Source: Caecitellus pseudoparvulus
Lineage: Eukaryota; Protista; Bigyra: Bicosoecida
Length of the DNA: 64,000 bases
Direction of reading: 5' to 3'
Assembly (NCBI GenBank): GCA_965644315.1
Contig: CBFFRQ010000066.1
Location: forward strand, 186,001-250,000
Below the pieces are notes generated by a model. It saw nothing but the letters and a program-made list of their open reading frames with translations. It ran no database searches and had not been told where the DNA came from. This document shows, piece by piece, positions 10,901-20,200 of the stretch; position 1 is the stretch's first letter, and every line of letters begins with the position of its first letter. Both the position numbers and the translations under genes were made by a program.

Positions 10901-13574
10901 CTGCTGTCATGGCATGCGCCAGCGTGTTGTCCCGGGTGCTCACACGGCGGTGTTCAGCGGTGCCCGACGTGATGGCGAACACGGCCGCAGAGGGTCGAAA
11001 CGCAGGCTCTTGCATCATTCCTCTCCGAGTGCTGTTCGCGGCTGCTCGAAACGTCTCCAGCGTGGTGCGGCGTCTTGCAGGTGCTGTCGAGGGCCGTGGC
11101 TGTGCGCTGAAGGAGGGTTCCTGCGCATGTGCAGCCGCCCCTGCACCCCTTCTTCTCGGCGACATGGCAGCTTCCACGACAGCGCTATGGGGTCTCGGTA
11201 CAGGTTCATGCGTATGCTTGCCCCGCTGGGTCTGGGCGCTCTGAAGTGCAGCCGCAGCAGAGTCTCCCCAGCCCAAGTTCATAGGCCGCTTTGCGCTGCT
11301 GGGCGCGAGCCCTGGTCGCAGACCATCTCCGGCAGCGAGGGCTTCCCCTGCTTGCGCAGCAATGGCTTCAGTCGCAAGACGACTTCGGAGGTTCGAAGAG
11401 CGCGCTGCTGCAGTGAATGAGTCTGTTGTGCCCCTTTGGTCTGTGTCGGAGCTTTGGCAAGCAGAAATGCCCGCGAGCTCGCCCTCATCGACATCTACGT
11501 GCAGTGGCTTGGCGCGTCTGCGTACGCTGGAGGCAAGGTCAGGCACACGCCCAGTGGGTGCTACGTCATCGTCGTGGTCTTTAGACTTCTCTGTTGAGTT
11601 CCCCCACTGCGCTTGCGAGCTGCCTGTGCAGCGCATTGCTTTTGACACACGCAGTGCGAGCATGAGCTTGCGAGCTGCATGGTGTAGGCGCCCCCCGCTG
11701 AAAGCCGCGTCACTTTCACCCCCGTCCACATCCTCGGCTGCCTGAGCGACGGTTGAGAAACTCCCAGCCTTCGCCAGGGTTTCGGAAGTGATGCGTCCCT
11801 GGGCCATTGCGACAGTTGCAGCGGCAGCCAGCCTTCGCTGTCTAAAGGCCGTTTGAATCCTCTCCAAGACTCCATCTTGGGCAGATGTGATCAAGTCTAC
11901 ATCCTCCACGATGTCTCCCTCTAAGTCAAGAGGCAGCTGCTCTGCTGGGCTCTTGCAGCGTTTGGGTTCGTGCTGGCCAAGCATCGGGTCAAGGGAGCTG
12001 CCTGCGCGTTGCTCGCCTTCCATGCGAGCGGGGGCATCGCTCCATGAAACAGTGGGGGAATCTACCGGAGACGCCGCAGAGAATGCTCGTGCTGCCATCG
12101 GAGAGGCAGCTCCCCCAGATGCGAAGAAACTTGGCTTGCTGCTGGAGTGGCCAGGCGACAGGGGCCTGGCACCCAGTGCTGCAGATGGGGACGACACAGA
12201 AACTACCGAGAGAACACCATCTGATGCGGGACCATGAGCGCTGCTACGCTCGTCGTCAGTGCCGGAGTCTTCCTGCTCGATGAGCGTGCTGGCAAACGAT
12301 GCTTTGTGCCAAAGTCGCTTCCTGCGTTCAGCCTTGGCGGCTTCCAGAAGTTCCCGATGGCGCTGCGCTTGCGCAGCTTGAAATCTGGGCAGCACTTGAA
12401 GCAGCTCTTGCACTGGCGCAACGAGATCTGGGGCTTGCTGCTGCAGCGCGAGGGTAACTTCCCTTGCAGCGCGAGTGAAGGACTCGCCGACTGCTGCCAG
12501 GGCCTCACCGACAATCTCCTCTGGAAGAGAAGTGGGTTGTGGTGCTTTGGATGCTGCTGCATCTGCTGCAGCAGCCACGAGTGCTTTGGGGGCTCCAGGG
12601 CCTGCCTCCTTGAGTTGCCTTCGTGCGACTCGCGCGGATTCCCTGGCAGACGAGCGCCGGCGCTCTGACGTGCTATAGTGAGCTGAGAGGGCAGACAGAG
12701 TGTGTCGCATTACCCTCAACGACTGTACTGACCGAAGGGCTCCCTTCCAAACGCCCATCTTCGAGCTGTGCGTGGAGTGTGCGTCTGGTAGCAAGTCTTC
12801 GTCTGCCTGCAGTGTGTCACAGTGTGCTGCCGTGGTGGAGGCCAGGGTGGCGCTCTTGTCGGTGGCAGGCGTGGAATCACCAGAGATCTTGTCCTGCACG
12901 TGCTGATGGGATCCACTTTGGGCGCGCAGCCTTCCTGAAGCAGTGGCCGGGCGGGTCACAGACCTGTATGGCTGTGCTGGAGGCCTGGGTGCCTTTGCTG
13001 TTGTACCTTCCCGCCGCGCCCACTTTGCCAGTAGGTGGGAAATTTGCTGTGTCTCCTGTTGTTTTGCCCGCTTGGATGGATGTCGAGTCTTACTTTTCAC
13101 TGGCCTTGGCTCCTGAGAAGCTGTGTCTGATAACGCACGTGCTTGGCAGGAGGTGTCGGGTTCAGATTCTTGCGAGAGAGTGGACGCAACATGCCCGGAA
13201 GCATCGGAGGCAACAGGAACGCCCGCTTGTGCCTTCACCTCTGCCTTCGTTGGGAGCCGCCCAGCTCGGAAAATAGGTGGAGAATGGCTGCGGGGTGAGG
13301 ACCCTGTCGCGTGCGACTTCCCGGTGTCGGGCTTGGCATGCAGGGTAGCCAGCGGCGCAGCAGTGGCACGAGCCGGCACGCCAGGCAAGATCAGGGAACC
13401 CGGCTTCAAATCCCCACATGTAGGCTCCTCTGTGCGTAACGTTGTCGCAAACTGCCCGTGCTTGGAGGCACCCCTCGCCCGAGGCTGGCCACCGGCCCAG
13501 CGCCTCTGCAGCTTGGCAGAGACGGCTGCATCACGGCCAGGCATCAGAGCAGCATGCTCCCGCATTGGTTGCAT
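4908..13574 (-). CDS. Very large (~2,888 aa), mostly low-complexity protein with coiled coils, a TSNAXIP1-like helical segment and an EF-hand pair; function unknown
   Basis: Uninterrupted 8.7-kb frame; first ATG after the transporter stop is at 13574. EF-hand-like RSTFQSIDGQGAGSISVRQL...ISFLAF at ~7680-7870. Segment IFRAQETSDAAKDEEGSPR...YFKHSFG...LAPKRTLAFLYSM at ~9920-10200. The start and any in-frame introns are uncertain. Confidence 0.75.
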   Translation of the reverse strand: MQPMREHAALMPGRDAAVSAKLQRRWAGGQPRARGASKHGQFATTLRTEEPTCGDLKPGSLILPGVPARATAAPLATLHAKPDTGKSHATGSSPRSHSPPIFRAGRLPTKAEVKAQAGVPVASDASGHVASTLSQESEPDTSCQARALSDTASQEPRPVKSKTRHPSKRAKQQETQQISHLLAKWARREGTTAKAPRPPAQPYRSVTRPATASGRLRAQSGSHQHVQDKISGDSTPATDKSATLASTTAAHCDTLQADEDLLPDAHSTHSSKMGVWKGALRSVQSLRVMRHTLSALSAHYSTSERRRSSARESARVARRQLKEAGPGAPKALVAAAADAAASKAPQPTSLPEEIVGEALAAVGESFTRAAREVTLALQQQAPDLVAPVQELLQVLPRFQAAQAQRHRELLEAAKAERRKRLWHKASFASTLIEQEDSGTDDERSSAHGPASDGVLSVVSVSSPSAALGARPLSPGHSSSKPSFFASGGAASPMAARAFSAASPVDSPTVSWSDAPARMEGEQRAGSSLDPMLGQHEPKRCKSPAEQLPLDLEGDIVEDVDLITSAQDGVLERIQTAFRQRRLAAAATVAMAQGRITSETLAKAGSFSTVAQAAEDVDGGESDAAFSGGRLHHAARKLMLALRVSKAMRCTGSSQAQWGNSTEKSKDHDDDVAPTGRVPDLASSVRRRAKPLHVDVDEGELAGISACQSSDTDQRGTTDSFTAAARSSNLRSRLATEAIAAQAGEALAAGDGLRPGLAPSSAKRPMNLGWGDSAAAALQSAQTQRGKHTHEPVPRPHSAVVEAAMSPRRRGAGAAAHAQEPSFSAQPRPSTAPARRRTTLETFRAAANSTRRGMMQEPAFRPSAAVFAITSGTAEHRRVSTRDNTLAHAMTAEVGGIAAPLVRRLRQHIVTLEQESEVQTELASRAIADLRSRLGSYHEGKTSWSARNGAPVARRMEELQGTLKGLQGSSAAQVSALSGMDKMLRRISTMTEGWMEKAQAAAQRVFLSQGCQTDDSFPLDMSLEGHFRTSLAVQYQEEIAELKARRRARRPSGAAARTPPDQSRPPPLSLSHQPSVRATFILYAVPPLLPVPLLLGSHAAHGPGTWLWRFVHFTTTPSMRLAAQSRQTMPLTNLIDTCMAIFRAQETSDAAKDEEGSPRLDIWEQVHTYFKHSFGTGKRGGNLAPKRTLAFLYSMHAFACSPVARMHPWLWFVFRVFGLHTAVPFGAGKQDCALGSTPTPRARPAGGPTSREHSMLHPSSKEMWHPASYATTLQRGMLWDHDLLKCLPPPDADLDQLGSPKRQSAPVPGHRAQHSLMSYSAHLSAIAAAARDASADAPPPIRGAAGVPHRYSTQAATFAATARLHIHSTEEQESDSASLMQDMRFVGLPVPADYPSRTTRTLRPGGGAGDLADLPMPEYLPKLVLRLRSALKSLSRRYEGVLRGRGLHNASGHPSGDGSPRTRGVERPPSSIKRFELPDRHQVRGRASLGSRQGALPIEPTRLVAPFAVRVPCHAQAALASCVPDPKERKLSGSPAAVRVAKGDLHFAQHGECVESTSQSTHQDHVVESEPVDVPHGVQPVETARRPSSAKGQLEGGPRVHARDSVESAQIGTAPLVERKRPASAQPPHRKDASLVLASEPNSPDKYKPRGLQRPAIPADGTHHDQAASNARGSAEEPGGERVACITVAEVVSDSIKALVGLECDPEAGTPGASAPSGTLQGQDNGSLGHEDALERLHQALEVPVPARTSAIAPEALAAARWTMTGFSVRNMSHMRREWAPLSPLFDTLRPFMQGVGHLPSTRHSPFSSQGGSGGVTTSSRTYSLWDHLSDDLLAHAMLPSMAADPHTSWNDAHVVSEGSGAANAAEQLPPKAARSRLTIRQKRELLAKEKFVASLAKLGLGSLRSTFQSIDGQGAGSISVRQLTSFMAENCMRLSSQETKRILRSMVSTVTPHSQISFLAFTNAFREVHASGGMLVVDFDVVTALVCRAHLSAVAQIEANWAAAFALADSHAVHAPGSRDVLAHGVLGAIHLSQLATLLADVSEQTTSSVQLPFPAATSVLAELVSGGAEHDCDLPVHALAEAAAESKPRVGANERWRVPGHADVHPPPDRALGSQAKSASHAGDTQAGMSTGHRSSAGADPQDHEHITAHLATSLQLKAVEGTKSAVLQLCAIRLFDLCSARLEARLACARQSSMQAAPPTQAQGSPITPGAASTWLRQGGGSPEPGFGGMQTPPRSAPWLPLLPVLPLCRASDHPCMVWSPSKDSLVDLGLLKQAPGPSMGQTDSPTASPEEATNAARVPIRIVPTLSPCMVTLYDLLCVARAFNLTAPQHPLALGYTLTSAFTVRSAGASQSRDISAAESNKAPARSTPKRSPAATRARPSSAESASASLARGGWDASRSVTSDTLVQTASVARDSSPVSRAASPSADERSEGTWLSPRRQTSLKDAARAVAGRNKQRGSARRRSATARIPSHSPSRPTTPRKTSPAILEQTHRSFFEVTHGEQAGVGALHSGDAAPRSPPGSPEECACDEQSSRLSAELCQGPWEVTGKSVPTSGVVDFVTRQPEHVESVEPDETLGLRDLARRAGSPAAVRLAPFSLSDNADASHAPRIDPQVYEQFLGQGAAPDAIAVHSSKAIGVSHRAARSAEVGRGAAGGLRAASRPSPAQLHRNRMLRPASAPNRQSRAGHGAKVAIEAGLQLARASRQATPALSDVTDDTLDRVGRGVGQYEVPQPPEGDRYLRVGPNAPRPRKWPSYTPPAAAGAVLRRPRSADVRRGSASSIRALAPASTGDAQEAVQGSEAGPSLVQRQEGMPRHRADAAVRRAGLGAGVSGRTQGGRPTLSRPRVREDHSLPPATVDRPLGSAPLRGQLHVVGMTVDSNNTDK

Positions 13575-13620
13575 TATGGACGTGAAGCTATGGGCTGCAG
13601 CGAATCCACACCACCAGCTG

Positions 13621-15476
13621 CTACACTGCGGAGTCGCCCTGCACACTAATTTGGCGGAGAGATTGCAAAGCTGCGTGGGTCTCCAGCGGGGCTGTCCTCG
13701 CCCGCCCGCGCATGGAGTCGCTGCTCGCCGCTGAAAACGCAGATGAGCCAGCACACCCAACAGATCGTAAGGAGGCAGAAATTGGTGCCCCTGGTCGATG
13801 GTTTCCCGCTGGAGCGGGCACACGGCGGGGGATCGGCACGGCGACAGTCGGCGCGGTGCCCGTGGAGTCTCCCCGCACATCAGCGGGAACGGTGCTGCTG
13901 GCGGGACCAGGGACAACCGCAGGAGCAGTGTACTGACTCTGTGCGCCTGATTGCTGCACCACAACCGGCGATGCTGGGTTTGTGAGGAGCGGGTGCAGGT
14001 CCAGGTAAAGAGGCACGAGCATGCAGGTGAGCAAGAGGGCTGCAAGCGCAACGTTCACAGCAAGGAAATCCCCCCCCAAAGTGTCGCCAGCTAGAGTATC
14101 AACGAAGAACGCTGCCACTCCGACTGGGGCCAGAGCAGCAAACACGACAGCAACCGAAACGCCGATGGCATCTGGGGGGAACGACGTGCTGATGAACACC
14201 AAGAACACAGCCCACTTGCCAGACCGAAGTACAAAAAAGAGGGCTGCTGCTGCATACTGACAGTGCAACTCGGGGATGCAGTTCAGCGCGCACTGCACGA
14301 GAGCCAGCGCAAGCAGGCCACCAAACGCTCGGTTGTGGTTGCCAGCGCAGCTGCGGAGCCAGCACTCTACACCGAACATCGAGAGCCAGCCTAGGGCTGG
14401 AAGGGCAATGTTGTACACAAGCATGAACAGGTCAACGTCTTTCCCAGCAGCCCCAGCATGCCGCACAAGCCAGCGGGCTTGTTGGTTCACAGTGGCAGCG
14501 TACAGGATGTCACGCAGGGACAGCACGAACATGATAGCGGCAGCTCCCCAGAAAGCGCGCGAGGGAAGGACATGGGAGGAGAAAGTCGCACAGAGAGGCT
14601 CTTGGCGCCGTCGTTGCACAGGTTCAGTCGACAACACCGGTCCAGCAGGAGTGCTGCCCAGAAAAGGCTCGGCAAGGTGCTGGGGCCATGATTGGCCGTG
14701 GTGTTGCTTGTCTTCGGAAGGTGTTGGGCTGCGTGCAGGAAGGGTAAACAAGCTTCCCAGGATGACCACCCCTGCCGCCGCAACATACACCCCAACAGCG
14801 AAACGCAGCGGCACCGCGCCCCAGTATGTGGCAGCCGCCATGCTGAGGAACACAGCAGACGAGGCTTCCCGCCAGCCTGCCAGGTGAGCTGCCCAGGTCT
14901 CAACCCGACTGGAAGCGTGCAAGAGTACAGGCAGCTGGGCAACTGTACCGAAGCTCGCCATGAAGCCCAAGGCAGGACTCAATGCCCAGACAGACGCCCC
15001 CCCTAGCATGAGTAGGCACGTGGCCACCACACCCAGCATTGCGAAGGCAAAGGTTTGCAGTGCACGGGGGCCCCAGGAATGCAGCATGACGCCTGCAACT
15101 GGCATGCTGCACCAGAAAGCCATCATGCTCATCATGAATAACAGATCCAGTCGCCTCTCTTGTTCAGGGCAGGTTGGGGTCCAACTCCAAGAGCTCTGGC
15201 CGTCGTCGCCAGGCTCTGTGTGGCCTTCACAGGCCTCCTTGAACACGCCAGCGTGATACAGCAGCGGGAGAAAAGACTGATATCCAAAGATCACCGCGCT
15301 TGTCAGCCATCTGTAGCGGTGCGAGCACACATGGGGTTTTGCCGTGAAGGGCACGCGCCGGGGTCCTGCTGCACTGCACCTGGCGGCAGCTCCCCATTTC
15401 GCTCGAGCAGCACGTACATGGAGAGAACGCTCAACAGGAATGCAAGAGAGTGGGGTTTCTTGTCACCCCCTTGCAT
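13621..15476 (-). CDS. MFS transporter, SLC43 (LAT3/LAT4, FMP42-like) family; exons 15476-15418, 15310-13621; 582 aa
   Basis: About 12 TM helices and family-type motifs TSAVIFGYQSFLPLL, C...QERRLDLLF, GVMLHSWGPR. A phase-2 intron (GTACGT...CTACAG, 15417-15311) restores TM1 (LAFLLSVLSIWLTSAVIFG). Confidence 0.85.
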
Positions 15477-15849
15477 TTTTCAGCGAACTTTGTGCCTAGC
15501 GGCGGCAGAAGCCCTGGAGCGGACACTGAGGCTGGTTCTGCCGCCGCACTGGCGCAGGTGTGCTCTGCCACAGGCGCCTTGCTTCCCTTCGCCTAGCGGG
15601 AAGCAAGGCGGGAATACCTCGCCAACGGCATCTAGAGGCATACTACCCCGGGCTTTCCTGCAATCTGCATTGTGTCCCAAGGTGGCAATGATGAAGGGGT
15701 TGCGTTCGCTCACATTCGTAGGATACCGGCGAACGTGGAGCGTGCTTGAGCGCGCAAAGCCAGCCAACGAAAGGGACACCGAATGCCCACAGGAATGCAC
15801 TTGAAGGCTTCCTTTCACCCGGGTTATCGGCGCATTTGCGCAGGACCGC

Positions 15850-17041
15850 TTATGGCGTAGATTCAAGCAAGCCCCGAGCTGCTTGTTGCAGAGCAGGTGT
15901 GGCTTGCTGCAGGGCTGTCTTCCAGCGACAAGCCATTTCGGCATCGACGGCGCTCAGCTCCACCAATGATGCCGCGACAGAGCTGGAAGTTACAAAATTC
16001 TCTGTGACGGCAACAGTGACAGTGCAGTTCAGCACTGCATGCCACCACCCGTGAGGCACTACCACAGTTTGGCCTGGACCCTGCATGAACTCTAGCATGC
16101 AATGTTCCGCAGCAAAAGATCCTTGCTCTGGGTACCGGAATCGCCACATGCTGGGGTGCTGCCCTTCAGCTTCCGGAGCATGTTGGCCAGGCAGTGGAGT
16201 GAACTGATCACGACATGCTGCCGAGTGACCGCATGCCTCAGACATGAACCCCTTCAGCAACGGTAGCTTGTCTCGAAACCAACGATAGGCAGGCAGTCTT
16301 CCCTCAGTGCCTGTGCCTGCGAGGTGAGCCTTCGCATCCTCTTCCATGCACAATCCAGCCTGAGGAGTGCCGGGGGGAAAGAGCACCCACCACTTCCAGC
16401 CCTCGATCAACGAGTTCCAAGCAGCACTGTGCAAAGGGTCAACATGTAAAGGGCTTCCCGAGCGTGGGGGTCCAATCAGCAGCCACCTGTGTGGTGGGCG
16501 CGAGTCAGGCTCCCCGGGCAGTTCCAATAGGCTGAGTAGATCCTCGGTGCAGCAGGACGGGCGTGCGTATGCGCGTAGGAGCGCCTCATCAGCCTCTTCG
16601 AACGTTGCATCAAAGAGGTACATGGGATTTTCATCAGCTGTGGAGCTCATGTACTCGCAGTATTCGTCCAACGTCAGCAACTCCGCGTCCCCATCGCTGT
16701 TGGTGCCGCACTCGAAGGAGCAATCGCCGTATTCCCTTTTCAAGTTCTCAAGCTCAAACTTCGAGGGGTCAGACCACCCAACCAGCCCTTCTTTGATCAA
16801 GAAGGGAACTTCAAGTGCGCACTCCTTCGCTTCCAGCTGGCCTTGAAAGGTGTCGACGCGTGGAGTGCAGCTGCGGAAATTGGTTGCAGACGAGCAGTGC
16901 CCAGCACCGCTCTCCCCGGCCAGCAGCTGTGCCTGGAACACCTGAAGCAAGGAATTCCTGATGCCCTTACTACTGCACACTTTCATCGTCTCAACAGCAT
17001 GTGGTGCGGCCTGATCCCGTGCATGGCCCTGACTGGCCATG
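15850..17041 (-). CDS. JmjC-domain 2-oxoglutarate/Fe(II) oxygenase, JMJD6-like
   Basis: DENPMYLFD, RPPHRWLLIGPPRSGSPLHVDP (HxD), AWNSLIEGWKWWVLFPP and QGPGQTVVVPHGWWHAVLN give an intact facial triad. The start codon is uncertain. Confidence 0.88.
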
Positions 17042-17267
17042 CACTGCTGAGGCTGTGCTTGCACAGGCGGCGCTGCTGGCTAAAGTGCCTTGTCAGAAGG
17101 CATTGGCAGGGGTGCCTAGTGGCTACTGATGCACTCTCTGGCATTTGTTTGGGCGTATGGGAAGTGTGGGAGGCACAGTAGGTGCCTGCAGGCGGACAAG
17201 GCCAGGTGGTGCAAACTTGAATTATCACCTCGAGAAAACAATCAACCGTCAACGAGCACAAAGCACG

Positions 17268-20200
17268 TCACATAGTGTCTGCCGATGGCATTTGAGGTAA
17301 ATGCCTGTCTGAAGACAAGCTCACAGTACCCAAAGCGCGTACCCCAAAAAACACGCTGGACATGCTGCCTTCGCTGTCATCTTCCGATGAGAACCCGCTG
17401 GAACTGCAGGTTGACTCAGGTCGCATGGGCAAGGTCCCAGCTGCAGCATCTACAGCTGCCCTGTCGTGCACTGGGAAGATAAGCTGAAGTCCAGACCTCG
17501 TAAATGCGGCTCCCTCGGCGCTGGGTAGCTGCCCTCTCCGCACGAGCAGTACTCCATCGTCGCTGCTGACTCCTGCCAAGCGTTCCATATCTGATGTCCG
17601 GCAACTTCCAGCAGCCTTGCAGTCTTCAGACAGCACACTCTCGCCCGTCCTCACTCTGGCCGGGAAAGACGCATCAGGAATGTCCCCCGGCTTGGCAACA
17701 GCGGGGGGGGCTAGCTGCCTCCCTGGGAGTTGCAGCATCCACTGTGGCACTCCCTGTGGCGGGTGCAAAGTGATGGGCAGCGACGCCCTGGCAGAAACTG
17801 CGGCTGGTGTGGGCATCATTCCAGGTCTTGGCTGGCAGTCCTCTGCTGGCGCGAAAGGCGACCAAAGTGGCGGAATGTCAATCTTGACGCTGCCCTGTTC
17901 TGAGGGCTCTGACACGCTTGTCGCAGACTTTAGCGGAAGAGGCGCAACTTTGGCTGGAGACGACGCGCCAAGCTCTGGCATGCCAGGCAAGAACACCCCT
18001 CTGCGTCTCCACACTGCCACGGCACCGGCGCCCACTAACGCAACACAGCACAATACTGCAATGGAGGTCGCAAGGGTGATGTTCACAGAAGATACAGCGG
18101 AGCTGGAGGCTTTCGAACCCCCCCTCCTGCTTTGCTCTGCTGCCTCCACGACCTCCACCTGGGCAAAGGCTTGCGCTGCTGTGAGGCTGGAGCTTGTGCC
18201 GTTGTGAACAACTATCACCGAGCCGCTGGGCACAGCACACCAGGATACGGGGGGCGAGTCGTTGGCACAGCTTGGTGCTGGGGGCGTGCCCAAAACTTCT
18301 CCGTGGGCATCCTCCCCGGCCTGGTGGACAGTCTGACCGATGCTTGGCTCATGCTGCAAGGCCAAGTGCATCAAGGATGCCAGCACAACTGCGCGCTCTT
18401 GGAGGGTGGCACTTGGAGCAAGAGAACGCCCCCGTTGCCCCCAACCGCCCGAGGGAAGTGCAGGTAGTACGAAGCCTACCGGGAGCTGAAGGGTGGAATT
18501 CGCGAGGCGAGTGACACCAACAAGCACAGCATCTGCAGATCGTCTCAAAAGGTGTTGTGCCGCCATGGCCTGGAGAGACTCTGGGAGGCGCGCGAGTAAC
18601 GCTTGTCCCACACGGGACAAACGCTCAGTCATGGCTGAGCGCAAAGAGGTCCGGAATACAGGTCGATGGACTTCCTGAACAAGGCCAGTCTCCATGCCAG
18701 GGGGAATTCTGAGCAGAATGGCCCCCCAAGCCTCCGCAATGCGCTGCCCGGGCACAGCAACTGCACTAGAGGACGGCGAGCTTGCAGGCGAGGCCGTGGT
18801 GGTTGGGGACCGTGTGGGAGTCAGCCCAGCATTTGGCTTCGGCATTGCAACCTCTGTCTGCTGCGAAGGTGTTGTGCTGCTTTTCAAGCCAACTGTGGGG
18901 ATCGCTGATGGTGAGGCTTCCGCGGTACTGCTCGCAGCATGTGAGGCACTACCTGTTCGTTGAGAAGAAGCGTGGCTTGAGCCCGTGATGGTGGGGGTTT
19001 CTGAACAAAGTGGCAGGGGGGTTTCAGTCTCTGTACCACATGGCGTGGGGCTTGGTGAGAGTGTTGCAGAAGCTGAAACTTCTCGCAAGAGATTGCTGGG
19101 TGTCGGTAGCGGTGAGTACCACTCTGGGCTTGAGCTTCCTGATGTCGTCGGAGTCGCTGACGGGGATGGAGTGCTTGAAGCAAGTGGAGGGGCGAAGGGC
19201 TCGGCCGAACCGCTCGCGCTGGCGCTGGCAGTGGCTGAGCCTGTCGCAGAAGGTGAGGCGGATGGTGATACAGCCAAAACCGGAGTCGGTGTGGGTCCAT
19301 GCGCAGGCTTTGCCTTGGGTTTTGTCCACATGGCCCTGCGCGGTCCCCGCAGCACTGCAGCCGGCAGAGTCGCGGCACGCCTTGCGCCGCCTGGAAGCTC
19401 CATTTCACACACGTATCGATGCAGATCGGAGCAATTTCGGGTTGCCACGCTAACATTCCCTCCATCATGGCGAACAATCCCCACCTGGCAAGTGTACGGA
19501 TCCGTAAGCGCCGGTACCGAATACACGCTCCGGAGTGAGGGTGCAACAGCCAGCCAGGCAGTGCCGGGGCCCATGAATCCAGCCAGTACATGGAATTCCC
19601 ACACCGAGTTTGCTTCTGCTAGGGTGGATCGGAGGCCGGGGTACACAGATGCACAGTTGGCTTGAGATGTTGTGTGGTTCGTTGGCGCTTGATAGATCCT
19701 GTAGCAGCGATCAGGGGCAGAAGACTTGCCACCGGCCCCAGAAACAGAAGAATGAACCCACCCAGAAGGACATGCTGAGCGCACTCGCCGCTCGCAAATT
19801 GCGACAGGTGCAGCGGAAGTGTGGCCGCAAGGCACGAGCTGAAACTCTGCAAGCTCCGAAGCATTTTGGCTCGGACCAATAGTAACGCACGTGGTACTGG
19901 TGTTTGCTGCACGGCGCGTGAGGGCTGCTGACACAGCTGCAGTCTGGCCAGACAAGGAAGCGAAACCTGGCAAGTCCTGTCCAATGATTCCTGTCAAGCC
20001 CCGAGGGTAGTTGGCGTTGTGCAGCAGCGCAAGGGCCGTCTGCATAGACGCAAGCCCTTCCAGCGACGCGAGCTGCCCATACATGCCCGCGCAAACTGAG
20101 GCGCCGCGGAATGCACTGCCTGAAGCCTGCAGTTCGGGGGTCAGCCGCAAGCACAGCGGGCCTGCTGCGGACCAGCCAGTGGGGCACGAGGCAGAGTCCA

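Noticed and set aside
13575-14051. N-terminal 159 aa of the 3047-aa ORF overlapping the transporter
   Set aside because: It has a non-ATG start and overlaps a well-supported CDS in another frame; it is chance open frame in GC-rich DNA.
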